32,260 nt of DNA from Myxococcales bacterium (GTDB lineage Bacteria; Myxococcota_A; Polyangia; Polyangiales; Polyangiaceae), in assembly GCA_043747615.1 (NCBI GenBank), contig JAYTOU010000026.1, positions 1-32,260 on the forward strand, given 5' to 3'. A program made the translations under genes and the position numbers. The notes below the pieces were generated by a model. It did no database searches and was not told where the DNA came from. It saw nothing but the letters and a program-made list of their open reading frames with translations. The first letter of the stretch is position 1; every line of letters starts with the position of its first letter. Positions 15,983 to 25,550 of this stretch are shown here, in pieces.

Positions 15983-16830
15983 GACAGCTCACCGAGGGCT
16001 CCGTCAGCATCGCGCGATGGCTGCGTGAGCAAGTCGAGGACCACTGCGTGCGCGTCGCGCTTCGGCAGAAGACCGAGGACGCGGAGCAGCACGTCCGCGA
16101 GTGGTCGCTCGTCGACCTGGGCGACGCGGACGACCTCGTCGAGGAGATCGAAGCATGCGCGCACGCGGACAGTCTGAATTTTCGCGGGCCGACGCTCTAC
16201 GGCATTTTCTCGTACCGGGAAGCGGGGAAGCGCTACGTGAGCAGGACTCTTCTTCGAATCGCAGGGCAGGGGTTCAACCACGCAATGGGCGAGACCGAAG
16301 CCGCCGATGCGCGCGGCCTCACCTCGCAGATGATGCGCCACACGGAGGTCGCGTCGCGCATCGCCCTCGGCCACACGCAGGAGATCATCCTCCAGTACCA
16401 GCAGCTCCTGGTCGCGCGTGACAAGCGGATCGAGGACCTCGAGTCGCGCTACTTCAAGGTCCTCGAGCTCTACGAGCGACTCACGTCGATGCAGCACGAA
16501 CGCGACATGGAGGTCATTCGCGCGCAGCGCTCGGACAAGCGCACGGACTTCTTGAAGGAGAAGCTCGACATGCTCGCGCCAGTGCTCGTCTCGAAGATGG
16601 TCGGGCAAGGCTCGGGAGGCGCGGCGCTCGGCGAGGAGCTCATGAGGCAGTTCCTCAAGTCGCTCACCCCGGACCAGATGTCGAAGATCGTCGGATCGCT
16701 CGCGCCCGAGCAAGCCGCAGTGATCAACGAGATCTACCTCGCGTACGGGGAACGCGAGATCGCCCAAGAGGCGGGCAAGAAAAGCGCGAACGGGAAGAAG
16801 ACGAACGGTCCGACGAACGCAGGTCACTAG
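15979..16830 (+). CDS. Hypothetical protein with central coiled coil
   Basis: ATGA overlap. Alpha/beta N-terminal part, then the heptad-like IILQYQQLLVARDKRIEDLESRYFKVLELYERL. Confidence 0.8.
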   Translation: MRQLTEGSVSIARWLREQVEDHCVRVALRQKTEDAEQHVREWSLVDLGDADDLVEEIEACAHADSLNFRGPTLYGIFSYREAGKRYVSRTLLRIAGQGFNHAMGETEAADARGLTSQMMRHTEVASRIALGHTQEIILQYQQLLVARDKRIEDLESRYFKVLELYERLTSMQHERDMEVIRAQRSDKRTDFLKEKLDMLAPVLVSKMVGQGSGGAALGEELMRQFLKSLTPDQMSKIVGSLAPEQAAVINEIYLAYGEREIAQEAGKKSANGKKTNGPTNAGH

Positions 16831-16844
16831 AGGAGGAATCGATC

Positions 16845-17045
16845 ATGGATCCCAAGAAGAAGATTCTGGAGCAGCGAAGCGCCGAGGTCTCGAAGGCCGG
16901 GCGCATGTTCTTCAACGCCATATTTGGAGACTCGGAAAAGTTCGTCCGCGAGGTCGGCGAGGAGGGCGATCGCGAGGAGGCGACGGGCGGCGCGATCACT
17001 GTCGAGGGGCACGCGAGCGATGACGCGACTGGGAGCGGCAAATGA
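16845..17045 (+). CDS. Small hypothetical protein
   Basis: GAGGAGG RBS; ATGA overlap with the next gene. Confidence 0.65.
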   Translation: MDPKKKILEQRSAEVSKAGRMFFNAIFGDSEKFVREVGEEGDREEATGGAITVEGHASDDATGSGK

Positions 17046-17356
17046 AGACGAAACACCGGCAATACCCCAAAGTGCTCAAGACGTTTCGAAAGCTCGAAGG
17101 CGGGAAGTTCGGCTATCTCGACGTCATCGCGCGAAGCCCCGGCGTCCTCGAGCTCGCCCTTGGAGACGACTTCCTCAGGTTTTCCCGCGAGCAGGCGTTC
17201 GCGCTGGCCAACGTCATGGCCGATTGGATGACGGAGACGCGAAGGGAGGACGAGCCTCCGTGCCGCGAGGAGACCGAGGTCGTCGAAGAGACCATCGTCG
17301 AGGAGCGCGTCGAGACTCGTCCCAAGTCGCGCGGTCGTCGCGCGGACGCCGGCTGA
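17042..17356 (+). CDS. Small hypothetical protein (beta-beta-alpha N-terminus, acidic then basic tail)
   Basis: ATGA coupling and coding-like codon usage. Confidence 0.7.
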   Translation: MKTKHRQYPKVLKTFRKLEGGKFGYLDVIARSPGVLELALGDDFLRFSREQAFALANVMADWMTETRREDEPPCREETEVVEETIVEERVETRPKSRGRRADAG

Positions 17357-17368
17357 GGGCCGCGGCCG

Positions 17369-19396
17369 ATGCGGACGAAGGCACTGACGTCGCCGCGTCA
17401 TCGGACGCGCGCCGCTGACCCCCGACGTGAGGAGCGAAAACAGGCCCGCGCGAAGCTCGTCGAGCTCCGCGGCCAGCTGCGGGAAGCCCGCTCCCGACGA
17501 ACAGGGGCGCTTCTGGACGCCAAGGAGCGATGCCGCGCCGAGCGTCTGGCAGCTCGCGAGCGCGCAAGAGCATTGCGGCTGCGCGTGATCGCGGAGCTCC
17601 GCGAGGCAATGCACGCTGAGCGGGCCGGGGCCCGGGCAACGTGCGCCGAGCGCCTCCGTCAGGCACGCGCCATCAAAGACGAGATTGCGCGGACGCGGGC
17701 GGTGCTCGACGCAGAGCGGCGCCTCCAGCGTGATCTCCGACAAGCCGACCGCGCCGACCGTCAACGCCGGCGCGAGGCGCCTGGGCTCGCGCCCCGCGGT
17801 GAGAGCGACGACGATGTTCTCGGGCGGATCCCGTCCGAGCTCGTGCCACTGTTCGAGCGTGTGAAGCGGTCAATCAAGCCAGCACCGCGAGGATCGCGCA
17901 CGGAAGCATTCTTGAAGTACGCCGAGACCCACCCCGAAGAGGTTCTCGCGGCGACGGACGATCCGAGCGACGTCGCCGTCTGCGCGCTCGAGCGCGAGCA
18001 TCGAGCGACCAAGAGCACCCTGAGCGACTTTGAGGCGCGCAAGGCTGCGCGAATCGAGCGGATGCAGCAGCGCGCGAACCGACTCGCGTCGGCATCGGAG
18101 AGCGCTCGCGCCTCCGCGCGGGCCATCGCGGACCACATTCCTATGGGCCAGCCGATTCTCGTCGGTCACCATTCCGAGCGGAGACACCGGCGCGACCTCG
18201 ACCGAATTCAGCGCGGATTCTCGAAGTCCGTCGAATTGCACAACGAGGCGGAGTCCCTTCTCCGGCGAGCGGAGCGCGCAGAGCGAAGCGGGGCTGTGTC
18301 GTCCGATGACCCGGAGGCCGTCACGAAGCTAAGAGAGAAACTCGAGGGACTGGACCGCGCCCGCGCGCGCATGGTTTCCGCGAACAAGGCCGTCCGATCG
18401 GCGAAGCCGCGCGAAGCGTTGGCTGCGCTTGGATTCTCCGAATCGTTGATCGCGAAGGCGCTCACACCCGATCCGATGGGGAACATTGGCTTTCCGTCGT
18501 ATGCGCTCCGAAACGCCGCGAGTGAGGCTGCTCGGGTTCGCAAACGCATCGCTGAAATCGAGACTCGCGCGACGCGACCGCCGCCGTCCGCGATCGAGTT
18601 CGCCGGCGCGCGCGTCGAGGAGGCGGACAACCGCGTGCGGATTGTCTTCGAAGCAAAGCCAAATAAAGAGATTCGCGCGGCGCTGAAGGGCGCCGGCTTC
18701 CGATGGTCGCCGACGGCGGGCGCATGGCAGCGGCACTCGTCGAACGCGGCCTGGTACGAGGCGAAGCGCATTCTGAACGTAGACACGTCGGTCACCAGCA
18801 CCGCAAGTACCTGGGTACGCAGCTCCAGTGGCGTCTCCACCGCGCCGATGTGCGGAAAGCCAGCGAATCAGAACGCGCTCAACGCAGGCGGGCCTCTGCC
18901 TGCGGAGGTCGAGCGAATCCGTGCGATCGAGCAGCGGCCGCGCGCTCCGGTGAAGGGAGAGGGGCTCGACACGGCGCAGATCGCGAAGCGGATTCGCGAG
19001 GACATCAAGGCGGCGGTTCATTCGCGCGTGCTGCCGAAGGCGGCCTACAGCGTGCGTACCGAGAAGTACTCCATGGGCTCGTCGATCACCGTTGTCGCAT
19101 CGAAGCTCCCGTTCGAAGTCCTCAACCCCGAGGCGTTCACCGTGGAGAAGGGCGCACACTGGGCATCGTTCGATAGGGCGAATCACGGGAGTCGCCTTAC
19201 GCCCGCGGCGCAGGATGTCGAGCGCGCGCTCAACGCGATCGTCGACGCGTACCACTGGGATCGCTCCGACTCGATGACGGACTATTACAATGAACGCTTT
19301 GCGAAGGACGTTCGGGTCGAGGAAGACAAGGGTGCGTGGCAGAAGATCGAGGCCGCGAAGGTCGCCCAGGCGCGCGCTCTGGAAGAGAGGGGTTGA
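17369..19396 (+). CDS. Polyvalent protein: Arg-rich coiled coil + small helical domain + DUF3560 + LPD29-like domain
   Basis: DUF3560 signature IPMGQPILVGHHSERRHRRDLDRI...VSSDDPEAV, then DNRVRIVFEAKP...LKGAGFRWSP...AWQR. C-terminal TAQIAKRIREDIK...YSVRTEKYSMGSSITV...SDSMTDYY is LPD29-like. Confidence 0.82.
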   Translation: MRTKALTSPRHRTRAADPRREERKQARAKLVELRGQLREARSRRTGALLDAKERCRAERLAARERARALRLRVIAELREAMHAERAGARATCAERLRQARAIKDEIARTRAVLDAERRLQRDLRQADRADRQRRREAPGLAPRGESDDDVLGRIPSELVPLFERVKRSIKPAPRGSRTEAFLKYAETHPEEVLAATDDPSDVAVCALEREHRATKSTLSDFEARKAARIERMQQRANRLASASESARASARAIADHIPMGQPILVGHHSERRHRRDLDRIQRGFSKSVELHNEAESLLRRAERAERSGAVSSDDPEAVTKLREKLEGLDRARARMVSANKAVRSAKPREALAALGFSESLIAKALTPDPMGNIGFPSYALRNAASEAARVRKRIAEIETRATRPPPSAIEFAGARVEEADNRVRIVFEAKPNKEIRAALKGAGFRWSPTAGAWQRHSSNAAWYEAKRILNVDTSVTSTASTWVRSSSGVSTAPMCGKPANQNALNAGGPLPAEVERIRAIEQRPRAPVKGEGLDTAQIAKRIREDIKAAVHSRVLPKAAYSVRTEKYSMGSSITVVASKLPFEVLNPEAFTVEKGAHWASFDRANHGSRLTPAAQDVERALNAIVDAYHWDRSDSMTDYYNERFAKDVRVEEDKGAWQKIEAAKVAQARALEERG

Positions 19397-19398
19397 AC

Positions 19399-20115
19399 GT
19401 GCCGGCGGCGAAGGCGCTCGACAAGAAGAAACTCTGGCGCGAGATCGAGCGCGAGGAGCGTCGGAAGAAGCGGGAGAAGCTGGCCGAGCTCCGTGTTGAG
19501 CTTCGTCGGGCGCGTGCGCAGCGCAAAGAGGCGATGAAGAGCGCCGTCGAACGATGCCGAACCGAGCGTCTCGCCGCGCGGGAGCGGGCGCGTGCACTGC
19601 GCATCCGCGGACTCGCCGAGCTCCGTGAAGCCGCGCGACTCGAGCGGACGTCCGCGCGCGACGCGTGCGCGTTGAGCAAGGGAGAGGCGAAGACCAAGGG
19701 CGCCGTTCAGCGACGGCGATCCGAGCTCACTGCCGAGGCGAAATTCCAGGCGGACTTGCGCCGCATCGAGCGTGGCAATCGCTCGCGCGTTCGCGAGCAT
19801 CCCCACGCGACGTATGTCGAGCGGCGCTCCGAGTCGGACGACGAGGTTCGCCAAAACATTTCCGGTGATCTCGTGCCGCTCTTCGAGCGCGTGAAGCGCG
19901 CGATCAAGGGTTCGTCGCGCATGACGCGGACGGAGGCGTTCCTGAAATACTCGGAGGAGCACCCCGACGAGGTGCTCGCGGTTATCGAGGACAAGACCGA
20001 GGCGCTGATTCGCGAGCTCGAACAACAGCAGCGCGTCGCTACGCGCGCGGCTCATCGTCCGGCACGTCGCGCGGTACCACCTTACGCTGCGGAGCGGTCC
20101 GCCGCGCCGTTCTAG
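19399..20115 (+). CDS. Arg-rich coiled-coil protein, paralogue of the N-terminal third of 17369-19396
   Basis: Shares ERCR-x-ERLAARERARALR and ESDD-x-V...LVPLFERVKR-x-IK...RTEAFLKY-x-E-x-HP-x-EVLA. GTG start 2 nt after the upstream stop. Confidence 0.8.
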   Translation: MPAAKALDKKKLWREIEREERRKKREKLAELRVELRRARAQRKEAMKSAVERCRTERLAARERARALRIRGLAELREAARLERTSARDACALSKGEAKTKGAVQRRRSELTAEAKFQADLRRIERGNRSRVREHPHATYVERRSESDDEVRQNISGDLVPLFERVKRAIKGSSRMTRTEAFLKYSEEHPDEVLAVIEDKTEALIRELEQQQRVATRAAHRPARRAVPPYAAERSAAPF

Positions 20116-20284
20116 TTCCGCTCGGCTCACTTGCGCAGGGTGCACCGCGCCGCCCAGCCGCCAGATCTTAGAACTGCAACGCTCCTTCGCCGATTCAGCT
20201 CCAGACGCGTGCGCGTTTGGCGCGCTGCATGTATCGCTACTTGACCGACGAGGACGGGCCGCCGGGGCGAGGTCGCGCATCCGA

Positions 20285-20322
20285 GGCTTGTTCGCCGCGG
20301 CTGCCGCGAGCGAACAAAAGCC
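20285..20322. other. GC-rich imperfect hairpin downstream of the cluster (possible terminator)
   Basis: TGTTCGC-CGCGG-ctg-CCGCG-a-GCGAACA, extendable by GGCTT/AAGCC. There is only a short T run, on the minus strand. Confidence 0.4.
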
Positions 20323-20704
20323 CTCTCGATGATCAGATGATCACGTCGTCGCCCAAGAGGACCTAGTCCGCGTCTCGCGGATCCTCGACGTGCACGAGAT
20401 CGCGACAGCTCGTTCCGAGCGGAAAAACCCTAGCCTCAGCGGCCCCTGCCTTCTCGCTGAACGGTGACGCGATCTGACCGCCCTGGCCCGAGCGAGATCG
20501 GTGCTACCCCGATCTGCTGAAATTTCGAGCGGGCACGTTACGGAGGGCTTCCTGGGAAATTAAGCGACGTTCAAAAATCAGCGGTGGAAACGTGCGTGCG
20601 AGTCGGAGCTAAATGGAACGCCACGAGGTTCGCCCGTTGACCGCTTGAGTCGACCAGCAGACGCTTGGATCGTGGGGTGTCGTCGGCCCTCACGGGGAGA
20701 ATGC

Positions 20705-23700
20705 ATGCGAAGAGTATGGATTCCGGTGGGGGTCATTGCGAGTCTAGGGTTCGCGTGCGGCAAGGGCGACGTGCCCGTAGAATCGGTCGGCGCGAACCAG
20801 GCGGCCATTTCTGACGGGGATATTGCGACCTGGGATGGCGACATCCTTTCGCGATCTGTCGTTCGATTCCTCCGAGGTCCTGACGATGAGTTCTGTACTG
20901 GGACCTTGATCAGTCCGCGCGTCGTCATCGCAGCTGCGCACTGTTTCGAAGGCATTAATACAGGTTCCTTCGGTGATTCGACGTGCCAGGTCCACGCGCC
21001 GAATGGCGTGTCAATTGCGAACCATGGGTGCGGAGTCGCTTCCTTCCAGCGCATTTTTAAAGCGGCGGCGCTCGATCGAATTCCGATCACGAGTGTCTGG
21101 ACGAACGCAACGGACCCCCAACTGGCAAAGGATCAAGCCCACGCCGACATCGCGATCGCGATTCTCGCCCGCCGAGCGACACCCGACACCGCGGCCCAGT
21201 CCCCCTACGTTCGGCCCTGGCTCGAGGCCGACCAACAGGATGCTTTTTGGGCAAGCGCTCCCATCGAGTACTTCGGCTGGGGCCGGTACCAACACATTGA
21301 TAGCAGTTGCAGCTTCGAGACCGATCCGGCGCCGACGTCGGACTGGCTTCGTTTTGTGGGATTCCCAAAGCTTCTCGACACCGATAGCCCTCGAACAGAC
21401 AGCCTGATCGGGGGGGCTTCGACGGGAGGGCTCGTCTTCCAGGCGCTGTTTAACGATGACGATGCGAAAGGGACGCTGCTTCCGGGCGATAGCGGAGGGC
21501 CTCTGTTCATCAGACTGCCCGGTGGACCACAGAGCGAGTGGCGCGTGGCCGGGATTACTTCACGGATCGCGTGCAATCCCGTCTCCGGAAAAATCCAGCA
21601 GATCTGGGCTCGCACTATGGAGACCGGAAACGCCACCTTCATTCAGCGTGTTGCGCAGAATCCGGACGGCACGTTCATCGGAGATGACGTTTCAACACCG
21701 GGATGCTCATCGCCGCAATTCAGCGGCGACCCCAATGACCCGGACTGCGATGGACTCTTGTCGGAGCCCCTTCACCCCTGGCAGCAGCGCGACAACTGCC
21801 CCGACGATTTCAATGCGGACCAGCTCGATGCCGATGCCGATGGTATCGGTGACGTCTGCGATTCTTGTCCCGCAAATTTCGACAACGGCTCGAACTCAAA
21901 CGCAGAGGGAGAGGCGATCTTCTATCAGAAGACGACTGGGCACGATCTTGCGCACCTCAGTCGATTCTCGACGCCAAGCGACCAATTCGCACACGAGCTC
22001 GAAATTCAAAACAACTTCCCAAAGGACGTCTGCGACTTCGTTCCGATCGTGGCACACGAGCCCGATCAGGCGACTGGGCTCGCTGTAGAAGTTGGTCCCC
22101 GCACTTTTGCTTGCCCAAGCGCAGGCAACCCAACGCGAAGGTGTCCGACTCAGGACACGTCGCTAATTAACAGCAGCGCCTTTGCGTTCGGCCTCCCGCA
22201 ACCTCCCAGCCCGCTCGATATCGCGAGGAAAGGCCAAGAGGGGTGGCGGCGTTGCATCTGCGACACCCCCGACGACCTGATGGCGTGCGAGGCGTCGTGC
22301 CCACACAACCCTCGCCTCTTCGACACCACGGATTCCCATTGGCTGACACTGGCGACGGGCGCAAGTCCGCTTTCGCAAGACTTCCAAGGTAACGAGCTGG
22401 CGGAGCTACTAAGCGATGCCCCTGTTCTTACGGCTAGCCTTAGCGGCGCCGGCGCCTCATTCCCTCCCTCCTTCTCGCAATCGTGGATCTGGAGCGACGA
22501 CCTCAACGTCGATAGTTCGGCTTTTCCAAACCCGCCGGGTGTGGGGGAGATGAACATCAATCTCGGGGCGCTTCGGGGAAGATTGTGGTCTTTCCGCGCG
22601 GAGCGAAACGGCACGCGCACCGCGGGCGACGGCGACGCCGCGCTTAAGAATTCCACATACAGCCCTCTTCAGCTCGACGAACTTGGCCCACCGCGGATTC
22701 CGCTGCCGCCGAAGAGCCCAGGCCTTCCCGGCTCGCTTCCTTGCCCGTTGTGCCCACAGTTTGGGAGCGTGATGAACATCGACAGGGGGGATCCTTTGCA
22801 GGCCCCTTCCGTATTTATTTACGACTCTGGACCCGCCCAAGAGCGCTTCGACATCAGTTCGTTGTTCTCACAACAAGCGCTCGCCTTCCTCGCGCCAACA
22901 ACCGCCCGCCTCCTTGCAGCGTCGGAGCCGAGGTACATGCTCACGGGCCGCGAAGTTTCTCACGTGGTGTTGGGAGCAAAGCAGACTGTCAGCGCGCTCC
23001 TCTTCTCCGATCCGGTGACGGGGCGAGTAAGCGTGCCCGGGGGCGCCGTGGGGTCCGATGGTTCGGTACTGCTGAGGAGCGCCTCAAGCACAGCCCAGAC
23101 CGCAACCCCGAGCTCGCCGCCTGACGATGCCAAGCTAGCCCTCAGCGGGCGCATGGGGCTTCTCCTCGCCGGCGCGACGACGACGGAACACGTAGGGTGC
23201 ATGCGCGGCCATCACGATCACGACGACAATGATGATGACGAGGATGCTGGGGGCTGCATCTCACACCAGGAAGCCTTTTGGGTTTTCTCCGCGCACGACG
23301 CTCTTGGATGGCGTCCTCTCACCATTTCCGGGAGCACACCGAAAGGGATCGTTTTGTCCGTTACTGCAGGTAACGCCGCGATGCCTAGTCTCTACGTTCT
23401 GGACGAAGTGCGCCGTCGCGGCGACCGCTGGCTGCGCGTCTACGAACTCGCGCTAGATGGGCGCGTTATCGAGATGGTGAGATTTCGGCGCGACGGAGAC
23501 GACGCAAGCGTCTCGCTTGCGACTTCGTATGACGGCGGACTGCTGCTCGTTAGCTCTGGAAATCATCGCCATACGTTTCGCGCGATCGACGTCGTGGATC
23601 ATCGCGTGCGCAAGGTGATGGAAGGCCGCGGAGACGGCGCTGTTGCAATCGACGCTCGCGCCCTTGCCCGCGTGATCGTGTGGGGGGAGGCTACCAAGGG

Positions 23701-24193
23701 TGAGGACGTGATCCCACGAGCCACTCCGCTGTCCTCACTGCGAACGGTCTACCGAGCCTGCGACCACGAGGTACTGGAAGCGTCGAAAGCGTACAACCCC
23801 GCGACGTGGCGCGACGCGAATCTCCGTCTCCCTGCTCCGACGCGTGTCAGCCTTCCCGCGCAACTACCGGTCTCGTTTGGCAATGCTGGGAATCAAGGTG
23901 TGACGTTCGAATTCGGCATAGGCGACCGGACAACCCATTGCCAATATCGAGGGGGGGCGAGCGCAGAGCACCCTGATGCGGCCGCAGATCTAGACAGGGG
24001 AGCCGCCTACTATCTCGTCGCTTGCGACGATGGGACGCGCGGTGGCTCGACCATCGAGTTCGACCATTTGCGCGTTCATGTTGACGGTGGCGATCCCACT
24101 CAGGGCAAGACCTCGGTGTCGTTTCCGTTGGACGAGGTCGGGAGCGGGCGCCCTGGGTCACGTTTTGGTACACTCGCTTCAGCATGTCGTTAG
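20705..24193 (+). CDS. Large exported (lipo)protein: S1 trypsin-like protease + thrombospondin type-3 repeats + unknown C-terminal domains
   Basis: Lipobox-like SLGFAC. Protease motifs FCTGTLISPRVVIAAAHC, DIAIAIL and PGDSGGPL. TSP3 segment DNCPDDFNADQLDADADGIGDVCDSCP. Start placed at ATG 20705 behind GGGGAG. Confidence 0.85.
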   Translation: MRRVWIPVGVIASLGFACGKGDVPVESVGANQAAISDGDIATWDGDILSRSVVRFLRGPDDEFCTGTLISPRVVIAAAHCFEGINTGSFGDSTCQVHAPNGVSIANHGCGVASFQRIFKAAALDRIPITSVWTNATDPQLAKDQAHADIAIAILARRATPDTAAQSPYVRPWLEADQQDAFWASAPIEYFGWGRYQHIDSSCSFETDPAPTSDWLRFVGFPKLLDTDSPRTDSLIGGASTGGLVFQALFNDDDAKGTLLPGDSGGPLFIRLPGGPQSEWRVAGITSRIACNPVSGKIQQIWARTMETGNATFIQRVAQNPDGTFIGDDVSTPGCSSPQFSGDPNDPDCDGLLSEPLHPWQQRDNCPDDFNADQLDADADGIGDVCDSCPANFDNGSNSNAEGEAIFYQKTTGHDLAHLSRFSTPSDQFAHELEIQNNFPKDVCDFVPIVAHEPDQATGLAVEVGPRTFACPSAGNPTRRCPTQDTSLINSSAFAFGLPQPPSPLDIARKGQEGWRRCICDTPDDLMACEASCPHNPRLFDTTDSHWLTLATGASPLSQDFQGNELAELLSDAPVLTASLSGAGASFPPSFSQSWIWSDDLNVDSSAFPNPPGVGEMNINLGALRGRLWSFRAERNGTRTAGDGDAALKNSTYSPLQLDELGPPRIPLPPKSPGLPGSLPCPLCPQFGSVMNIDRGDPLQAPSVFIYDSGPAQERFDISSLFSQQALAFLAPTTARLLAASEPRYMLTGREVSHVVLGAKQTVSALLFSDPVTGRVSVPGGAVGSDGSVLLRSASSTAQTATPSSPPDDAKLALSGRMGLLLAGATTTEHVGCMRGHHDHDDNDDDEDAGGCISHQEAFWVFSAHDALGWRPLTISGSTPKGIVLSVTAGNAAMPSLYVLDEVRRRGDRWLRVYELALDGRVIEMVRFRRDGDDASVSLATSYDGGLLLVSSGNHRHTFRAIDVVDHRVRKVMEGRGDGAVAIDARALARVIVWGEATKGEDVIPRATPLSSLRTVYRACDHEVLEASKAYNPATWRDANLRLPAPTRVSLPAQLPVSFGNAGNQGVTFEFGIGDRTTHCQYRGGASAEHPDAAADLDRGAAYYLVACDDGTRGGSTIEFDHLRVHVDGGDPTQGKTSVSFPLDEVGSGRPGSRFGTLASACR

Positions 24194-25542
24194 CTCGTTA
24201 TGCGCTTATGGGCTCCGCAGCCGTGCTGGCTGGGGGCCTGTTGGCGATTGGATCCTGCAGCGATCCGTTGGCGCAAGACTGCGTGAACTGCAATGACGCG
24301 GGGGTATCGCATCCCGATCGCGGGGGGATCCCCGCCATGCCCGACGCGGACGCGATGGTCGATGATGGGCCGGCGGGGCCAGGGTCGCTCGCTGATTTTA
24401 CAAAGGGCTGGATACAAGTCCCGTGGGCGACGCAGTGCCCTCTCTACCAGCCGGCGACACCCGCGATGCTGCAGGCGGTGCCTCCTCTCCAATGGACAGC
24501 GTGCGTGTCGGGGCGTTCAGGTTGTTCGCAGCTCGTGCCCGACTGGACCCCCGGCGCGCATATCTTGGCCGGCGAAAGCTTTTGGCGCGCACCAGGGTCG
24601 ACGCAAGCGATGTTCGAGCGAGACTATGCGCCCTATCAGATTGAGTATGACGTCTGGGACAGCACGGCGGGCATCATTGCAGCATGGAGGTACAACGGCG
24701 CCAAAGAGTGCCTCGGCGTGCTCGGCAATATCGCGACCGGGGCGAAGACGCTTACCGTCGCAGTTCGTACATCGGACAAGATCGTCGAGTACCGTCAGAT
24801 CATCGGGACGGCTACCGAACTCGTCGCGAAGGCCGTGCCGGATTACGTCTTCACACCGATGCAGCTCGGCTTTCCCGACAGTAGTGTGATCTCGGAAGTC
24901 ACGGCCACATCGAGCATTATCGCGATGCCAATGGGCGCGATTCTCGGGATGTCCGTGGTCGATCGCTCCAATGGAATTGTCGACACGCTCCGCACGCCAC
25001 AGCCCGTGGTAGTGGACGCCTACCCCGTTATTTTGGGCGATTCGGTATTTTTCGGAAGCAGCGGCTCGATCGGCGTTTGGACGCGCGGCGCTGGCTCGAC
25101 TTCCCTCGTGAAGAGACCGGCGGGCACTTTCGTACATGATCCCGCAACCGACGGCACCAAGCTTTTCTGGATCGAGTCCGGGAACCCTGACGCTTCCGGC
25201 TTCTTTCAAACCAGCGTTGTCTATCAAAGTCCCTTCGCTATAAAGGCAGCTGATGTGATGCCCACAAAGCTCATCGACGCCCACTGCAAGACGGGCTTGT
25301 GCGGTGCGATCGCGAGTGAAGGATACTTCGTGAGCGGCATCGATCCACCGGCAGGACGCGCAGCACTGCAAATCGTCCGACTGTCTGATGGCGCGCATTG
25401 GACGTTGGTCTCGGCCATGTACGAGGTCTGGAGCGTGCCCCAAATTGTTGGCGGCGAACTTTGGTTCTCAGTGTCCTTGTCGAACAAACTTCTTCTCGAG
25501 CGGATGCCGCTCGCGGCGCTTGGCGCGCCGGACAGCGATTGA
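24184..25542 (+). CDS. Putative lipoprotein, beta-propeller-like
   Basis: Signal peptide with LLAIGSC lipobox; short strand repeats (PATDGTKLFWIE); overlaps the upstream stop. Confidence 0.72.
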   Translation: MSLARYALMGSAAVLAGGLLAIGSCSDPLAQDCVNCNDAGVSHPDRGGIPAMPDADAMVDDGPAGPGSLADFTKGWIQVPWATQCPLYQPATPAMLQAVPPLQWTACVSGRSGCSQLVPDWTPGAHILAGESFWRAPGSTQAMFERDYAPYQIEYDVWDSTAGIIAAWRYNGAKECLGVLGNIATGAKTLTVAVRTSDKIVEYRQIIGTATELVAKAVPDYVFTPMQLGFPDSSVISEVTATSSIIAMPMGAILGMSVVDRSNGIVDTLRTPQPVVVDAYPVILGDSVFFGSSGSIGVWTRGAGSTSLVKRPAGTFVHDPATDGTKLFWIESGNPDASGFFQTSVVYQSPFAIKAADVMPTKLIDAHCKTGLCGAIASEGYFVSGIDPPAGRAALQIVRLSDGAHWTLVSAMYEVWSVPQIVGGELWFSVSLSNKLLLERMPLAALGAPDSD

Positions 25543-25550
25543 AGTTCGGC

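Noticed and set aside
10377..19597. Long minus-strand ORFs (e.g. 10377-11471, 12893-14224, 15805-16827, 18329-19597)
   Set aside because: Antisense shadows of well-coupled plus-strand genes, typical of high-GC DNA, with no motifs.
9968..20115. Tailed prophage, contractile injection system or conjugative (T4SS) module
   Set aside because: No recognisable terminase, portal, sheath, baseplate, VirB4/VirD4 ATPase or relaxase motifs. LysM and a muramidase alone are not diagnostic.
20527..20561. Second att site (GAGCGGG and TGGGAAATT also occur at 720 and 757)
   Set aside because: The matches are short, their spacing differs (26 vs 37 nt) and the tRNA T-arm is absent; compatible with chance.
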